Shown here piece by piece: positions 43,321 through 52,502 of a stretch of DNA of 64,000 nt (its first letter is position 1; each line of letters starts with the position of its first letter). Source of the stretch: Deltaproteobacteria bacterium (GTDB lineage: Bacteria; Desulfobacterota; Desulfobacteria; Desulfobacterales; C00003060). The translations under genes and the position numbers were made by a program. The notes below the pieces were generated by a model. The model saw nothing but the letters and a program-made list of their open reading frames with translations, searched no databases and was not told the origin of the DNA. The stretch covers positions 3,535-67,534 of the forward strand of contig JAFDKF010000028.1 of NCBI GenBank assembly GCA_019307135.1, read 5' to 3'.

Positions 43321-43763
43321 GGTTCTTCTCCTATCATGGCCATGACCTCAGCCTCCGCAACCAGAGTTCCGGCCACAGTCGCCTTACCGGACATCTTGAA
43401 AACGTTCACGCGTCTTTTGATAGGAATTATTTCTAAGATGAGCTGGTCTCCTGGAATCACAGGTTTTCTGAAACGGGCCTTATCAATGCCCATAAAATAG
43501 ATCAGTTCTTTCCTCTTCTCCTCAGAACGAGAAGCATTAGCAAGGATTGCTCCTGCCTGCGCCATGGCTTCAACGATCAGCACGCCTGGCATAATGGGTG
43601 TCCCTGGAAAGTGTCCCTGGAAGAATGGTTCATTCATGGTTACATTCTTGAGGCCAACAATACGCTCATCGGGTACCATTTCTACGATCCGATCAACCAG
43701 AACAAAGGGATACCGATGGGGCAAAAGCTCCATGATCTTTCGAATGTCATATACCGTTTCCAT
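43317..43763 (-). CDS. fabZ: 3-hydroxyacyl-ACP dehydratase
   Basis: LPHRYPFVLVDRI, FFQGHFPGTPIMPGVLIVEAMAQ. 4-nt overlap with lpxA. Confidence 0.9.
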   Translation of the reverse strand: METVYDIRKIMELLPHRYPFVLVDRIVEMVPDERIVGLKNVTMNEPFFQGHFPGTPIMPGVLIVEAMAQAGAILANASRSEEKRKELIYFMGIDKARFRKPVIPGDQLILEIIPIKRRVNVFKMSGKATVAGTLVAEAEVMAMIGEEP

Positions 43764-43838
43764 GTGTCATTTCCTTCCAACAGCTTGCCTGTGATTACAA
43801 TTGCTTAACATCAAACGGAAAAGCCGTTGACATGTTGA

Positions 43839-44066
43839 GTGCCTAAAGTGAACTAAAGTGAGCTAAAGTGCCTAAAATTTAATGCATAAAACACACAACT
43901 CTGCCTCGATCATCATTTGGGCCAATCTGTGGGAGCGGCTTTCCGGCCGCGACGGTCGCGGCAAGAATGCCGCTCCCACACAAATGAAGAAGTACCCGAA
44001 ACCATGATCAAGGCCAACAATTCAATAAGCTGTAAGTCCTTGAACTTTAGGCACTTTAGACACTTT
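43839..44066. repeat. CTAAAGTG-word arms enclosing a TGTGGGAGCGGC REP-type hairpin (43928-43980)
   Basis: Arms gtgcctaaagtgaactaaagtgagctaaagtgcc / actttaggcactttagacacttt. Inner hairpin tgtgggagcggctttccggccgcgacggtcgcggcaagaatgccgctcccaca. Confidence 0.7.
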
Positions 44067-44071
44067 GTATT

Positions 44072-45094
44072 CTATGACTTTTCCATCTTCTCAATTCGTT
44101 TCTCCAATTCTCTTAGCTTTTTTTTCATATCCGGAAGCTTGGGGATAATGCTGGACGCTTTTAACCAAAGCCGATGGGGCATTCCCGGGAAACCGGATAC
44201 AATCTGGCCGTCCTGTATCGACTTGGCAATCCCTGCCTGGGGGCCGATTGTGACCCCGTTGCCAATGGTGACATGTTCTGCCACTCCTGCCTGCCCAGCG
44301 AGTATCGCATGATTTCCAATCATTACACTGCCTGATATGCCTACCTGTGCAACAAGGACTGTATCCTCGCCCACCACTACATTGTGAGCGATGTGAACCA
44401 GATTATCTGTCTTGACGCCCCGCTTGATCCACGTCCTCCCAAAGGTCGCCCTGTCGATTGCATTGCAAGCGCCGATCTCCACATCATCATCGATGCGCAC
44501 GGTACCAACCTGTGGAATCCTATAATACCGATCACCATCAGATGCGAAGCCAAAACCATCGCTCCCGATCACAGAACCTGCATGGATCATTACTCTGCTG
44601 CCGATTTCGCATCGTTCCAGAATCGATACATTGGGATACACAACGACATCATCCCCTATCGCCACGCCATTGGCAACCACAACCCCGGGATATAAAGTGA
44701 CGCGGTCACCCAGAGTCACATAGTCTCCAATAAACACACACGGATACACGGAAACATCAATGCCACATTTGAAATCCTTGCCCACATGGGCGTCCTGACT
44801 GATCCCAATCACCGGGCGGCAAACCGGATGAAACAAGGTAGATACCTTGGCCAGGGCCAAAGAGGGATTTTCAACACGCACAAGGATCTTTTTGGATTCG
44901 CAGACCCCGTGCGAGACGATCACAGCAGCTGCCCGGGTCTCGTCAACGCGCTTCTTGTAGCTGGCAGATGCAGCAAAGGTGATATCATCCGGACCGGCAT
45001 TTTCAAACGGAGCAACACCTCTGATGATGAAGTCACCATCACCTACAACCTCACCCCGGACCAGTTCGGCAATCTTATGTACAGGCAGTTCCAT
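44072..45094 (-). CDS. lpxD: UDP-3-O-acylglucosamine N-acyltransferase (canonical skp-lpxD-fabZ-lpxA position)
   Basis: Hexapeptide repeats, GSDGFGFA, DDVEIGA and HIAHNVVVG. Confidence 0.9.
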   Translation of the reverse strand: MELPVHKIAELVRGEVVGDGDFIIRGVAPFENAGPDDITFAASASYKKRVDETRAAAVIVSHGVCESKKILVRVENPSLALAKVSTLFHPVCRPVIGISQDAHVGKDFKCGIDVSVYPCVFIGDYVTLGDRVTLYPGVVVANGVAIGDDVVVYPNVSILERCEIGSRVMIHAGSVIGSDGFGFASDGDRYYRIPQVGTVRIDDDVEIGACNAIDRATFGRTWIKRGVKTDNLVHIAHNVVVGEDTVLVAQVGISGSVMIGNHAILAGQAGVAEHVTIGNGVTIGPQAGIAKSIQDGQIVSGFPGMPHRLWLKASSIIPKLPDMKKKLRELEKRIEKMEKS

Positions 45095-45112
45095 TGTTCG
45101 TTATTCAAGAAT

Positions 45113-45165
45113 TGTGGGAGCGGCTTTTCAGCCGCGAAGCTCGCGGCAAGAATGCCGCTCCCACA
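45113..45165. repeat. TGTGGGAGCGGC REP-type hairpin, second copy (same orientation)
   Basis: tgtgggagcggcttttcagccgcgaagctcgcggcaagaatgccgctcccaca. With 43928-43980 it brackets lpxD. Confidence 0.7.
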
Positions 45166-45168
45166 AAT

Positions 45169-45741
45169 CTATTGTTTTTTCTTTGACTCCGCCGATTCGC
45201 CTTCTTTCTTGCCACGCTTTGCATCCATGGCATTGTATTCTTCTATGACCTTGTCGGTGATGTCAATGGCGTTGGGTGCGTAAACCACGCCCCCTACACG
45301 ACGATCAATAATCAACGAGTACCCGCCAGCTTTCCCTGTTCTTTCAACTATCTCAAAAACATCTTTCTGGATTTGCCCTAGAAGATTGATGTTGAGATCT
45401 CTTAGAACATCCTGATATCGCCTCTGGAGAGACTTCAGGTCATTAACCTTGACACGCAGGTCCTGTTCCTTTGCCTCGCGTGCCTCATTACTCATGACCA
45501 GGGCCTTTTGATCCAGGGTCTTCCTTAGCTCTTCAATCTCAGCCCCTTTCTTCTTGAGAATCTGTTCCATTTTCTTTCCCTGGCTCTTGATCTCAACGGA
45601 TGACCGCTTACCAGGATTGGATTTGTCGATTATCTTCTGGAGATCGATGACTCCTATTTTTTGCACCTCGGCCCCATAAGCGATTCCGCTCAGGCCAAAT
45701 AAACAAAGGGTTAACGTTAAGAATAGGTTGCGAATATTCAT
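45169..45741 (-). CDS. skp: periplasmic chaperone Skp/OmpH
   Basis: ATG 45741 with a GGAGG RBS. Signal peptide, Lys/Glu-rich coiled coil and the OmpH position between bamA and lpxD. Confidence 0.8.
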   Translation of the reverse strand: MNIRNLFLTLTLCLFGLSGIAYGAEVQKIGVIDLQKIIDKSNPGKRSSVEIKSQGKKMEQILKKKGAEIEELRKTLDQKALVMSNEAREAKEQDLRVKVNDLKSLQRRYQDVLRDLNINLLGQIQKDVFEIVERTGKAGGYSLIIDRRVGGVVYAPNAIDITDKVIEEYNAMDAKRGKKEGESAESKKKQ

Positions 45742-45758
45742 GAAAAACCTCCTTTTTT

Positions 45759-45884
45759 GGTCATTAGTCATTGGTTGCTGGAAACTGGAAACTGGTTATT
45801 GATTTCAGCTTCTTTCAATTCCGAATTGCGAATTCGGTATGTTCCGCATTCGTGCTAACTAATCACTGACCACTGAACACTGAC
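45759..45884. repeat. word mosaic (gtcattagtcatt, ggaaact x2, gaattgcgaattc, cactgaccactgaacactgac)
   Basis: Read directly in the bamA-skp spacer; the arms are loosely complementary. Confidence 0.5.
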
Positions 45885-48536
45885 TCAAAACGCCATCCCC
45901 ATTGAGAACTCCCAGCTATGATCGCCTTTCTGATCTTGTTTATCATCCAAAATGTAGCCATACTCCAAACGGATGGGGCCCATGGGCGAATACCATCGAA
46001 AACCATAGCCTGCACTTCTTCGCAGCTCTCCGAGGTCTATATCTTCTCTATTGTCATAGGCGTTGCCCGCATCGTAGAAAAGGACCCCCATGAGACCTGC
46101 ATCTTTTACGAGCGGAAAGATAAACTCCACGTTGAACTGCACCATCTTGTTGCCGCCTATCTTATTGTTCTCACGATCCCTCGGGCTGATATCCCGCCAG
46201 TCATAACCCCGCACCGAGCTCATGCCGCCCAGGTAGAAACGCTCCCAATCAGGCATCTTGTAATCATCTGGATCGTCCTGCAGGCCATCGCCTATGTAGC
46301 CTATGCGGCCATGCAGGAAACCGACTGTACCCCAAAAAAGGGGAATATACCATCCGGAATCCGCAACATACTTGGTAAACCCAATATCTCCGCCCATAGG
46401 TGTTCCTGCGTGTTTGACCATAATGCTGTTGTTCGAACCTTCAGTGGGATTGAAAATGCGGTCCCTTGAATCGCGGCGCAGGATGGCGGTTATCGTATGG
46501 CCAACGTTTTCCCCCTCCATCTTCTGGATAGACTTCGCGGCCTCATCAGTATCAATATTCTTGATGTCCGCCCGGTCATAGTTGTATGACAGGGATGCCC
46601 GGGTGTAATCAAAAACGGGGTACCCAAACCGAAGGGTGCCCCCGAGGCTGTCCTTGTCATAGGTATCATAGTCCCGAGTAGTGTCGTAAAGATCAAAACC
46701 TGCTGACAGGGGAATATCAAAGAGCCAGGGTTCAGTAAAGCTCAGTGTATAACTGGTGCTTCTTCCGCCCAGTTGGGCCCTCACATTCAGGATCTGGGCA
46801 CGTCCAAACAGGTTTCTCTGTGAAATCGAAACCATACCAAACAGGTTTTCCATGGAGCTGTATCCTGCACCAAAGCTGAAAGCGCCTGTCGGTTTTTCAG
46901 TTACACCAATCTTGAGAATCATCTTGTCGTCAGCGCTTCCCTTGGTGGTATTTACCTTGATATCCTCAAAAAACTCGAGACGGTAAAGATTTCGTACCCC
47001 ACGCTTTAAGCGCCTGCCGCTGAACAATTCCTGCTCATACACCTCCAACTCTCTGCGAATGACCTTGTCACGGGTCTGGGTATTGCCCGTTATGATGATC
47101 TTTTCAAAATAGACCAGTGGTCCCTTGTTGATCAAATATGTGACGTTGGCTGTAAGTTTCTTCGGGTCCCGGTCAATACGCGGTAAAATATCTGCATAGG
47201 CATAACCTGCATCTGAGTATATGTCTTGAAGCGTCAAAACGTCTTCTCGTACAATTTCGCGGTTGTAAACATTTTCCTCAGTAATCTTTATCTTTTTTAA
47301 CAGTTCGCTTTTTGGCTGAATCAAAGCCCCCTCAATGTCCACCTCGCCAACCTTGAACCGGGGTCCTTCATCAATCTTGATGTTGATATGAATCCACTTT
47401 CCCTCATAGGTCAGCTTTGGCTCAGCTACTTTTGCTTGAATGTAACCATGATTATGATAGTGTCCGGCTATCCTGGACACGTCCAGGTCCAAGACTTCAT
47501 GATCCAGATCTCCTGACGAAGTAAGCCACGAGAAGAACCCTTTCTCCTGGGTCTTCATGAAGTCCTTCAATGTCTCGCTGTCATAGGCCTTGTTCCCTTC
47601 AAAACAAATGGCCTTAATGTATACCTTTTCACCCTCTGTGATGATAAAATCAAGATCAGCACGATTCTCTGACACAGGCTTTGTCTCATAGGTCACCTTG
47701 ATATAATGATACCCTTTTTCCTTGTAAAGATTTTCAATTTGACTCAGGTCGCCTTGAACCTTGTTTATGTTCAAGATGGAACCTGACCTGACGCTGATGA
47801 CATCTTTGATTTTTTCATCATCGAACTCTTTGTTACCCTCAATTCCGATATTGCGGATGGTTTCGTTTTCAGCAACCCGAAAAGTGACCACTTTGCCTTG
47901 TGGAGTACTGGAGACTTCCACGCGAACATCACCAAAATATCCCATTTTGTAAATTGACTTTAGATCATCCCGAAGATGCTTTGCCAGATAGATATCTCCC
48001 TTCTTGGTCTTCATGACTCTTTTGATCGCCTCAGATTCTATCCGTTTGTTCCCTGTGATGATGATCTCTGCCACCTTTTCCCGCCTGAAAACCTTCATCC
48101 CAAGGTCTCTGGTTAGCCTTTGAACAGAATCAAGCAAGGTCTCAAGGCCCTCCCCTTCAACATAAACGGGCCCTGGAGGAGCATCCCCGTATGATTCCAT
48201 AACCTTGACATCCAAACTGAAGCGTTTACCAATCCTGGTAAAACTCCCCCATATCACAAAATCAGCCCCCACACGGAGCCCCAATGTCCGCAAAAGCTTT
48301 AGGTCGCCTTTCTCAGTGCTGGGCAGTCTTTCAAGTGGTTCGCCAGCATCGATAACCACGACTCCTTCGTCTCTTAGTTGCTTTTCAACAAGATCCCGGA
48401 TCTGACCCTTTAAGTAGTCGAGCCTTTCCGAGGCGTGAACTTCGAACGGAAGGACAACGACACGAATCTCCTCCTGAGCTATCGCGCTGGCTCCAGAAAG
48501 CAGCAGTATTGACGCAAACAACAACCACTTGAGCAT
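45885..48536 (-). CDS. bamA: outer-membrane protein assembly factor BamA
   Basis: Signal peptide, five POTRA-like repeats, a C-terminal 16-strand barrel with RGY motif (VRGYDW) and a terminal ..FSMGMAF. ATG 48536. Confidence 0.9.
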   Translation of the reverse strand: MLKWLLFASILLLSGASAIAQEEIRVVVLPFEVHASERLDYLKGQIRDLVEKQLRDEGVVVIDAGEPLERLPSTEKGDLKLLRTLGLRVGADFVIWGSFTRIGKRFSLDVKVMESYGDAPPGPVYVEGEGLETLLDSVQRLTRDLGMKVFRREKVAEIIITGNKRIESEAIKRVMKTKKGDIYLAKHLRDDLKSIYKMGYFGDVRVEVSSTPQGKVVTFRVAENETIRNIGIEGNKEFDDEKIKDVISVRSGSILNINKVQGDLSQIENLYKEKGYHYIKVTYETKPVSENRADLDFIITEGEKVYIKAICFEGNKAYDSETLKDFMKTQEKGFFSWLTSSGDLDHEVLDLDVSRIAGHYHNHGYIQAKVAEPKLTYEGKWIHINIKIDEGPRFKVGEVDIEGALIQPKSELLKKIKITEENVYNREIVREDVLTLQDIYSDAGYAYADILPRIDRDPKKLTANVTYLINKGPLVYFEKIIITGNTQTRDKVIRRELEVYEQELFSGRRLKRGVRNLYRLEFFEDIKVNTTKGSADDKMILKIGVTEKPTGAFSFGAGYSSMENLFGMVSISQRNLFGRAQILNVRAQLGGRSTSYTLSFTEPWLFDIPLSAGFDLYDTTRDYDTYDKDSLGGTLRFGYPVFDYTRASLSYNYDRADIKNIDTDEAAKSIQKMEGENVGHTITAILRRDSRDRIFNPTEGSNNSIMVKHAGTPMGGDIGFTKYVADSGWYIPLFWGTVGFLHGRIGYIGDGLQDDPDDYKMPDWERFYLGGMSSVRGYDWRDISPRDRENNKIGGNKMVQFNVEFIFPLVKDAGLMGVLFYDAGNAYDNREDIDLGELRRSAGYGFRWYSPMGPIRLEYGYILDDKQDQKGDHSWEFSMGMAF

Positions 48537-48543
48537 CCTCACC

Positions 48544-49233
48544 TCAATCTATTTCCACTACCTTTCCGTCTACCAGTGTCACCCTGCGGGACAACTTATC
48601 AGCCAACTTCATATTGTGGGTGACTACCACCGCTGTAATGGCATCATTACGGTTCAACGAGATCAAAAGATCATGTATCGACTCAGCGGTCCTTGCATCC
48701 AGATTACCAGTGGGCTCGTCCGCCAACAGGATCGATGGTTTCAATACCAGAGATCTGGCCACAGCCACCCTTTGCTGCTCTCCCCCTGATAGTTCCCCAA
48801 TATGATGTCCAAGACGATCCTTCAGACCAACCCGAGTCAGGATAGCTTCGGCCCGCTCACACGCCTCTTTGGTATTCATACCTCTAATCAAGGCGGGCAT
48901 CATGGTGTTTTCCAGAGCATTGAATTCTGGCAGCAGGTGGTGAAATTGAAACACAAAGCCGATGGTCTGATTGCGAAAAGAGGCGAGTCTTCGCTCGTCG
49001 TAAGTAAAAACGCTTTCTCTCTTATAGTGGACCTCGCCATGGTCTGGTCGTTCTAAGGTACCCAGCACATGGAGAAATGTTGACTTACCCACACCAGAAG
49101 CCCCCACAATAGCAACCATCTCTCCCTCGTAAATTTTCAGATCTACACCTCGCAATACGTCCACACGATTACCATTGGTAATAAAGGATTTTCGGACATC
49201 TATGACATCTATCAGTGGCTGCTGGCTATTCAT
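48544..49233 (-). CDS. lolD: lipoprotein-releasing ABC ATPase
   Basis: GASGVGKST, LSGGEQQRVAVARSL, LLADEPTGNLD. Adjacent to a LolC/E permease. Confidence 0.8.
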   Translation of the reverse strand: MNSQQPLIDVIDVRKSFITNGNRVDVLRGVDLKIYEGEMVAIVGASGVGKSTFLHVLGTLERPDHGEVHYKRESVFTYDERRLASFRNQTIGFVFQFHHLLPEFNALENTMMPALIRGMNTKEACERAEAILTRVGLKDRLGHHIGELSGGEQQRVAVARSLVLKPSILLADEPTGNLDARTAESIHDLLISLNRNDAITAVVVTHNMKLADKLSRRVTLVDGKVVEID

Positions 49234-50455
49234 ACCTGATGGCTGCTGCAGGGTCCAATCTGGACGCCTGATAGGAGGGATAGAGGGTGGCCAAAAAGCT
49301 GATGGCTATGGCAGACAGGGCTATCAGGGCCACATCGCCCACCTGCACCCTGACGGGAAGCGTAGAAATGTAGTACACATCGCTCGGAAGTTTCACAAAT
49401 TCGTACCGCTTCAATAGAAAACAAAGCACGCTGCCTCCCGCTATTCCGAGGATGGTACCAACAACACCTATGACAAGACCATTCAACATAAAAATCTTCA
49501 TGATGCTCTTACTACTGGCACCCATGGATTTGAGTATTGCAATATCTTTTGTCTTCTCCATGACCATCATAATCAGGGTGCTGATGATATTGAAGGCGGC
49601 TACCAAAATAATCAAGACCAGGATGATAAACATCACAACCTTTTCCAGTTTCAAGGCCGAAAAAAAACTCTTGTTCATTTGCATCCAGTCCTGTGTCCAA
49701 TAGGCAGTACCCAGACGATCCAGAACAGACCTTGAGATCTTATCAACACTGTAAATGTCATCCACCTTAACCTCTATGCCATGAACCGACTGCCCGAGCC
49801 TGAGGAGTCGCTGGGCCGACTCAATGGAAACGTAGGCAAAGGATGTGTCATAGTCGTACATGCCTGAATCAAAAAGACCCACGACCTTAAACTTCTTCAT
49901 ATGAGGTATGCGACCTCCAACGGGGGTCAGGCTGCCACCAAAGGGTGATACGACGTACACTTCGTCTCCCGGATACGCCGTCAACAGCCGGGAAAGCTCC
50001 TTTCCCAGTATGATGCCGGCTGGCACCTCACTGGCCCCCAAAAGCCGCAAATCGGTCTCCTTCACACTCTTTTCCAGGTCTACTACTCGTCCGGCCCGCG
50101 AAGGATCAATCCCTCTCAAGACAGCCCCGGAAACGCGAGAACCACGACGGAGCATGACCTGGCTGTAAATAAAAGGAGCTGTAGCTCTTACACCCTCCAC
50201 GGCCTCAATCTTTGCCATGACCTCATCATGTTGGTCTAACTTGCCAATGCGGCTCATGACCCTGATATGGGCATTTGCCCCCAATATCTTGGACTTAATG
50301 TCTGTCCCGAATCCCGTCATCACCGCCAGTACGACCATCATGGCCATTACTCCAAGCATAACCCCAGCGACGGAAATGAATGTGATAACGGAAATAAAAG
50401 CCTGTTTTCGTCTGGCCCGAAGATATCGAAAGCCGATAAAAAATTCAAATGACAT
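49226..50455 (-). CDS. lipoprotein-releasing system permease LolC/LolE
   Basis: MacB/FtsX-type: TM1, a large periplasmic domain, then a C-terminal FtsX 3-TM bundle (KDIAILKSMGA). Confidence 0.8.
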   Translation of the reverse strand: MSFEFFIGFRYLRARRKQAFISVITFISVAGVMLGVMAMMVVLAVMTGFGTDIKSKILGANAHIRVMSRIGKLDQHDEVMAKIEAVEGVRATAPFIYSQVMLRRGSRVSGAVLRGIDPSRAGRVVDLEKSVKETDLRLLGASEVPAGIILGKELSRLLTAYPGDEVYVVSPFGGSLTPVGGRIPHMKKFKVVGLFDSGMYDYDTSFAYVSIESAQRLLRLGQSVHGIEVKVDDIYSVDKISRSVLDRLGTAYWTQDWMQMNKSFFSALKLEKVVMFIILVLIILVAAFNIISTLIMMVMEKTKDIAILKSMGASSKSIMKIFMLNGLVIGVVGTILGIAGGSVLCFLLKRYEFVKLPSDVYYISTLPVRVQVGDVALIALSAIAISFLATLYPSYQASRLDPAAAIRYE

Positions 50456-50468
50456 GATTGGTTGTCTC

Positions 50469-50620
50469 GTTAAGCCGGTTGAGCCGGTTAAGCCGGTTTA
50501 TTGGTTGCTGGTCACTGGTTACTGGTTACTCGATGCTGGATGCTGGATACTCGTTACTGGTTACTGGGGTTGCCTTTCATTCCGCAATCCGCAATCCGCA
50601 TTCGTCTCATTCCGCAATCG
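50469..50620. repeat. one-stranded microsatellite mosaic (no inverted partner)
   Basis: (gttaagccg/gttgagccg)x3, (ggttactg/ggtcactg)x5, (gatgctg)x2, (ccgcaat)x3-4. Confidence 0.7.
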
Positions 50621-50624
50621 AACA

Positions 50625-52097
50625 CTAATGACGTCTCAATTGCGGAAATAGAACCACTTCACGAATAGAAGCCGCATTGGTCAGCAGCATTACAAATCGG
50701 TCTATCCCAACACCTTCGCCTGCTGTCGGAGGCATGCCGTATTCGAGTGCCGTCACGTAATCTTCATCCATATAGTGAGCTTCTTGGTCACCAGCCTCTC
50801 GGTCGGCAACTTGATCCAAGAAGCGCCTTTTTTGGTCAACCGGATCATTCAATTCCGAAAACCCGTTGGCAATCTCCCGCCCTCCAATAAAGAGTTCAAA
50901 TCGCTCTGTCATGTTAGAGTCTGAACTGCTCCTCCTGGCAAGGGGTGAGATCTCCACCGGATACCCTATGACAAACGTCGGTTCAATGAGCTTCGGTTCT
51001 ACCAACACATCAAATAATTTCGTGAGGATATTGCCAACTCGCCTTGTTTTTCTAATCTCAATCCCTTCTGATCTGGCAAAATCGAGCAAACGCTCGCGAT
51101 CATCCAACATAGAAGCTTCAATGCCGCCCAGCTCGCTCAAAGCATCTCTCAGCCTTAACCGAGGCCATGGCCCGGTCATATCAATCGCGTTACCCTGATA
51201 CGTAAAGTGCGTATCTCCCAAAACTTGCCGGGTCACGAATACAAACATCTCCTCGGTAAGCGACATAAGGTCCTTGTGGGTCGCGTAGGCTTGATAGAAC
51301 TCCAGCATTGTAAACTCGGGATTGTGCTGGGTTGAGATCCCCTCGTTCCTAAAACTGCGATTAATTTCAAAGACCCGATCAAATCCCCCTATCACCAATC
51401 GCTTCAGGTAAAGCTCTGGTGCAATCCGTAAGAAAAGCTCCATCCCCAGGGCATCGTGGAAGGTCTTGAAAGGAGCTGCCTCAGCCCCCCCAGGTATGGG
51501 TTGCATCATAGGCGTCTCCACCTCTAAGAAACGTTGCTCCAAGAGAAAATCTCGGAAGGCTTGAATGATGCGCGCCCTCTTGATAAAGATATCCCGAACA
51601 TTCGGGTTCATGATGAGATCAAGGTACCTTTGACGGTAGCGTTTTTCCGGATCCCTTAATCCGTGGAACTTCTCGGGAAGAGGTCTGATAGCCTTGCAAA
51701 GGAGTCGAATCTCCTTGGCCAAAATGGTCCACTCGCCCGTCCTGGTCTGAAACACATTTCCTTTTATCCCAATAAAGTCGCCAACATCGAACTGTTTGAA
51801 TAAGGCATATGCCTCCTTGCCAATCTCGTCTCGTTTTATGTAGGCCTGAAGCTGTCCTGTATAATCTCTAAAATGAATAAAGGTCGCCTTTCCAAAAGAC
51901 CTGAGTCCGGTTATGCGGCCTGCCATGGCAAACATGGCCGTACTGTCCACGGCCCCTGCCCGCTCATCAATGTACCCTTTTACGGCATCAACCGTGTGTG
52001 ACACCTTGAGGTCGTTGGGATAAAGCTCAATACCCTGATCAGCCAACGCCCTTGACTTCTCACGTCGCTGGCGGATTACTTCACTCGTTTCGTCCAT
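50625..52097 (-). CDS. lysS: lysine--tRNA ligase, class II
   Basis: OB-fold N-domain, FLEVETPMM, FRNEG and GEGVGIDRFVMLL. ATG 52097 preferred over TTG 52145. Confidence 0.9.
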   Translation of the reverse strand: MDETSEVIRQRREKSRALADQGIELYPNDLKVSHTVDAVKGYIDERAGAVDSTAMFAMAGRITGLRSFGKATFIHFRDYTGQLQAYIKRDEIGKEAYALFKQFDVGDFIGIKGNVFQTRTGEWTILAKEIRLLCKAIRPLPEKFHGLRDPEKRYRQRYLDLIMNPNVRDIFIKRARIIQAFRDFLLEQRFLEVETPMMQPIPGGAEAAPFKTFHDALGMELFLRIAPELYLKRLVIGGFDRVFEINRSFRNEGISTQHNPEFTMLEFYQAYATHKDLMSLTEEMFVFVTRQVLGDTHFTYQGNAIDMTGPWPRLRLRDALSELGGIEASMLDDRERLLDFARSEGIEIRKTRRVGNILTKLFDVLVEPKLIEPTFVIGYPVEISPLARRSSSDSNMTERFELFIGGREIANGFSELNDPVDQKRRFLDQVADREAGDQEAHYMDEDYVTALEYGMPPTAGEGVGIDRFVMLLTNAASIREVVLFPQLRRH

Positions 52098-52181
52098 AGT
52101 GGAGCTGTCCGTCTTCGTAGGGTAAGACCTTAGAATTTGTGTCAAGTCTTATCACACTGCCTTTTTTGACATAGGTAGTTT

Positions 52182-52305
52182 CTTGAGTTCGTTGAGTTCG
52201 TTGTGTTTGTTGTGTTAAAGTCCTATGAACTCAATAAACTCAATAAACACTACAAACACAATAAACACAATAAACACAATAAACACAATAAACACAATAA
52301 ACACT
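52182..52305. repeat. GAGTTCGTT/GTGTTTGTT arm paired with (AAACACAAT)x5 nonamer array
   Basis: Left arm cttgagttcgttgagttcgttgtgtttgttgtgtt, right arm gaactcaataaactcaataaacactacaaacacaataaacacaataaacacaataaacacaataaacac. Confidence 0.75.
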
Positions 52306-52502
52306 TCGTTATTCGATTCGCGATTGAGCTAACGTATTTGCCTGGAGGTGTCAAGATAAAAGGCCCGGCGGGTCTATTCGGAAACTCTACAACTTACTGA
52401 AACTATAGCACTTTATTAGCCTGGTTGCAATTCCAAGAAAGGAATGGAAGAAAGGAATGGAAGCGAACTAAGAGTTCCTTAGAAGTAACTCCAACCACCG
52501 CC

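Noticed and set aside
52098-52502. Possible riboswitch or T-box leader upstream of lysS in the 400-bp spacer.
   Set aside because: I could not recognise L-box or T-box conserved cores. The spacer is largely explained by the nonamer hairpin and word repeats.
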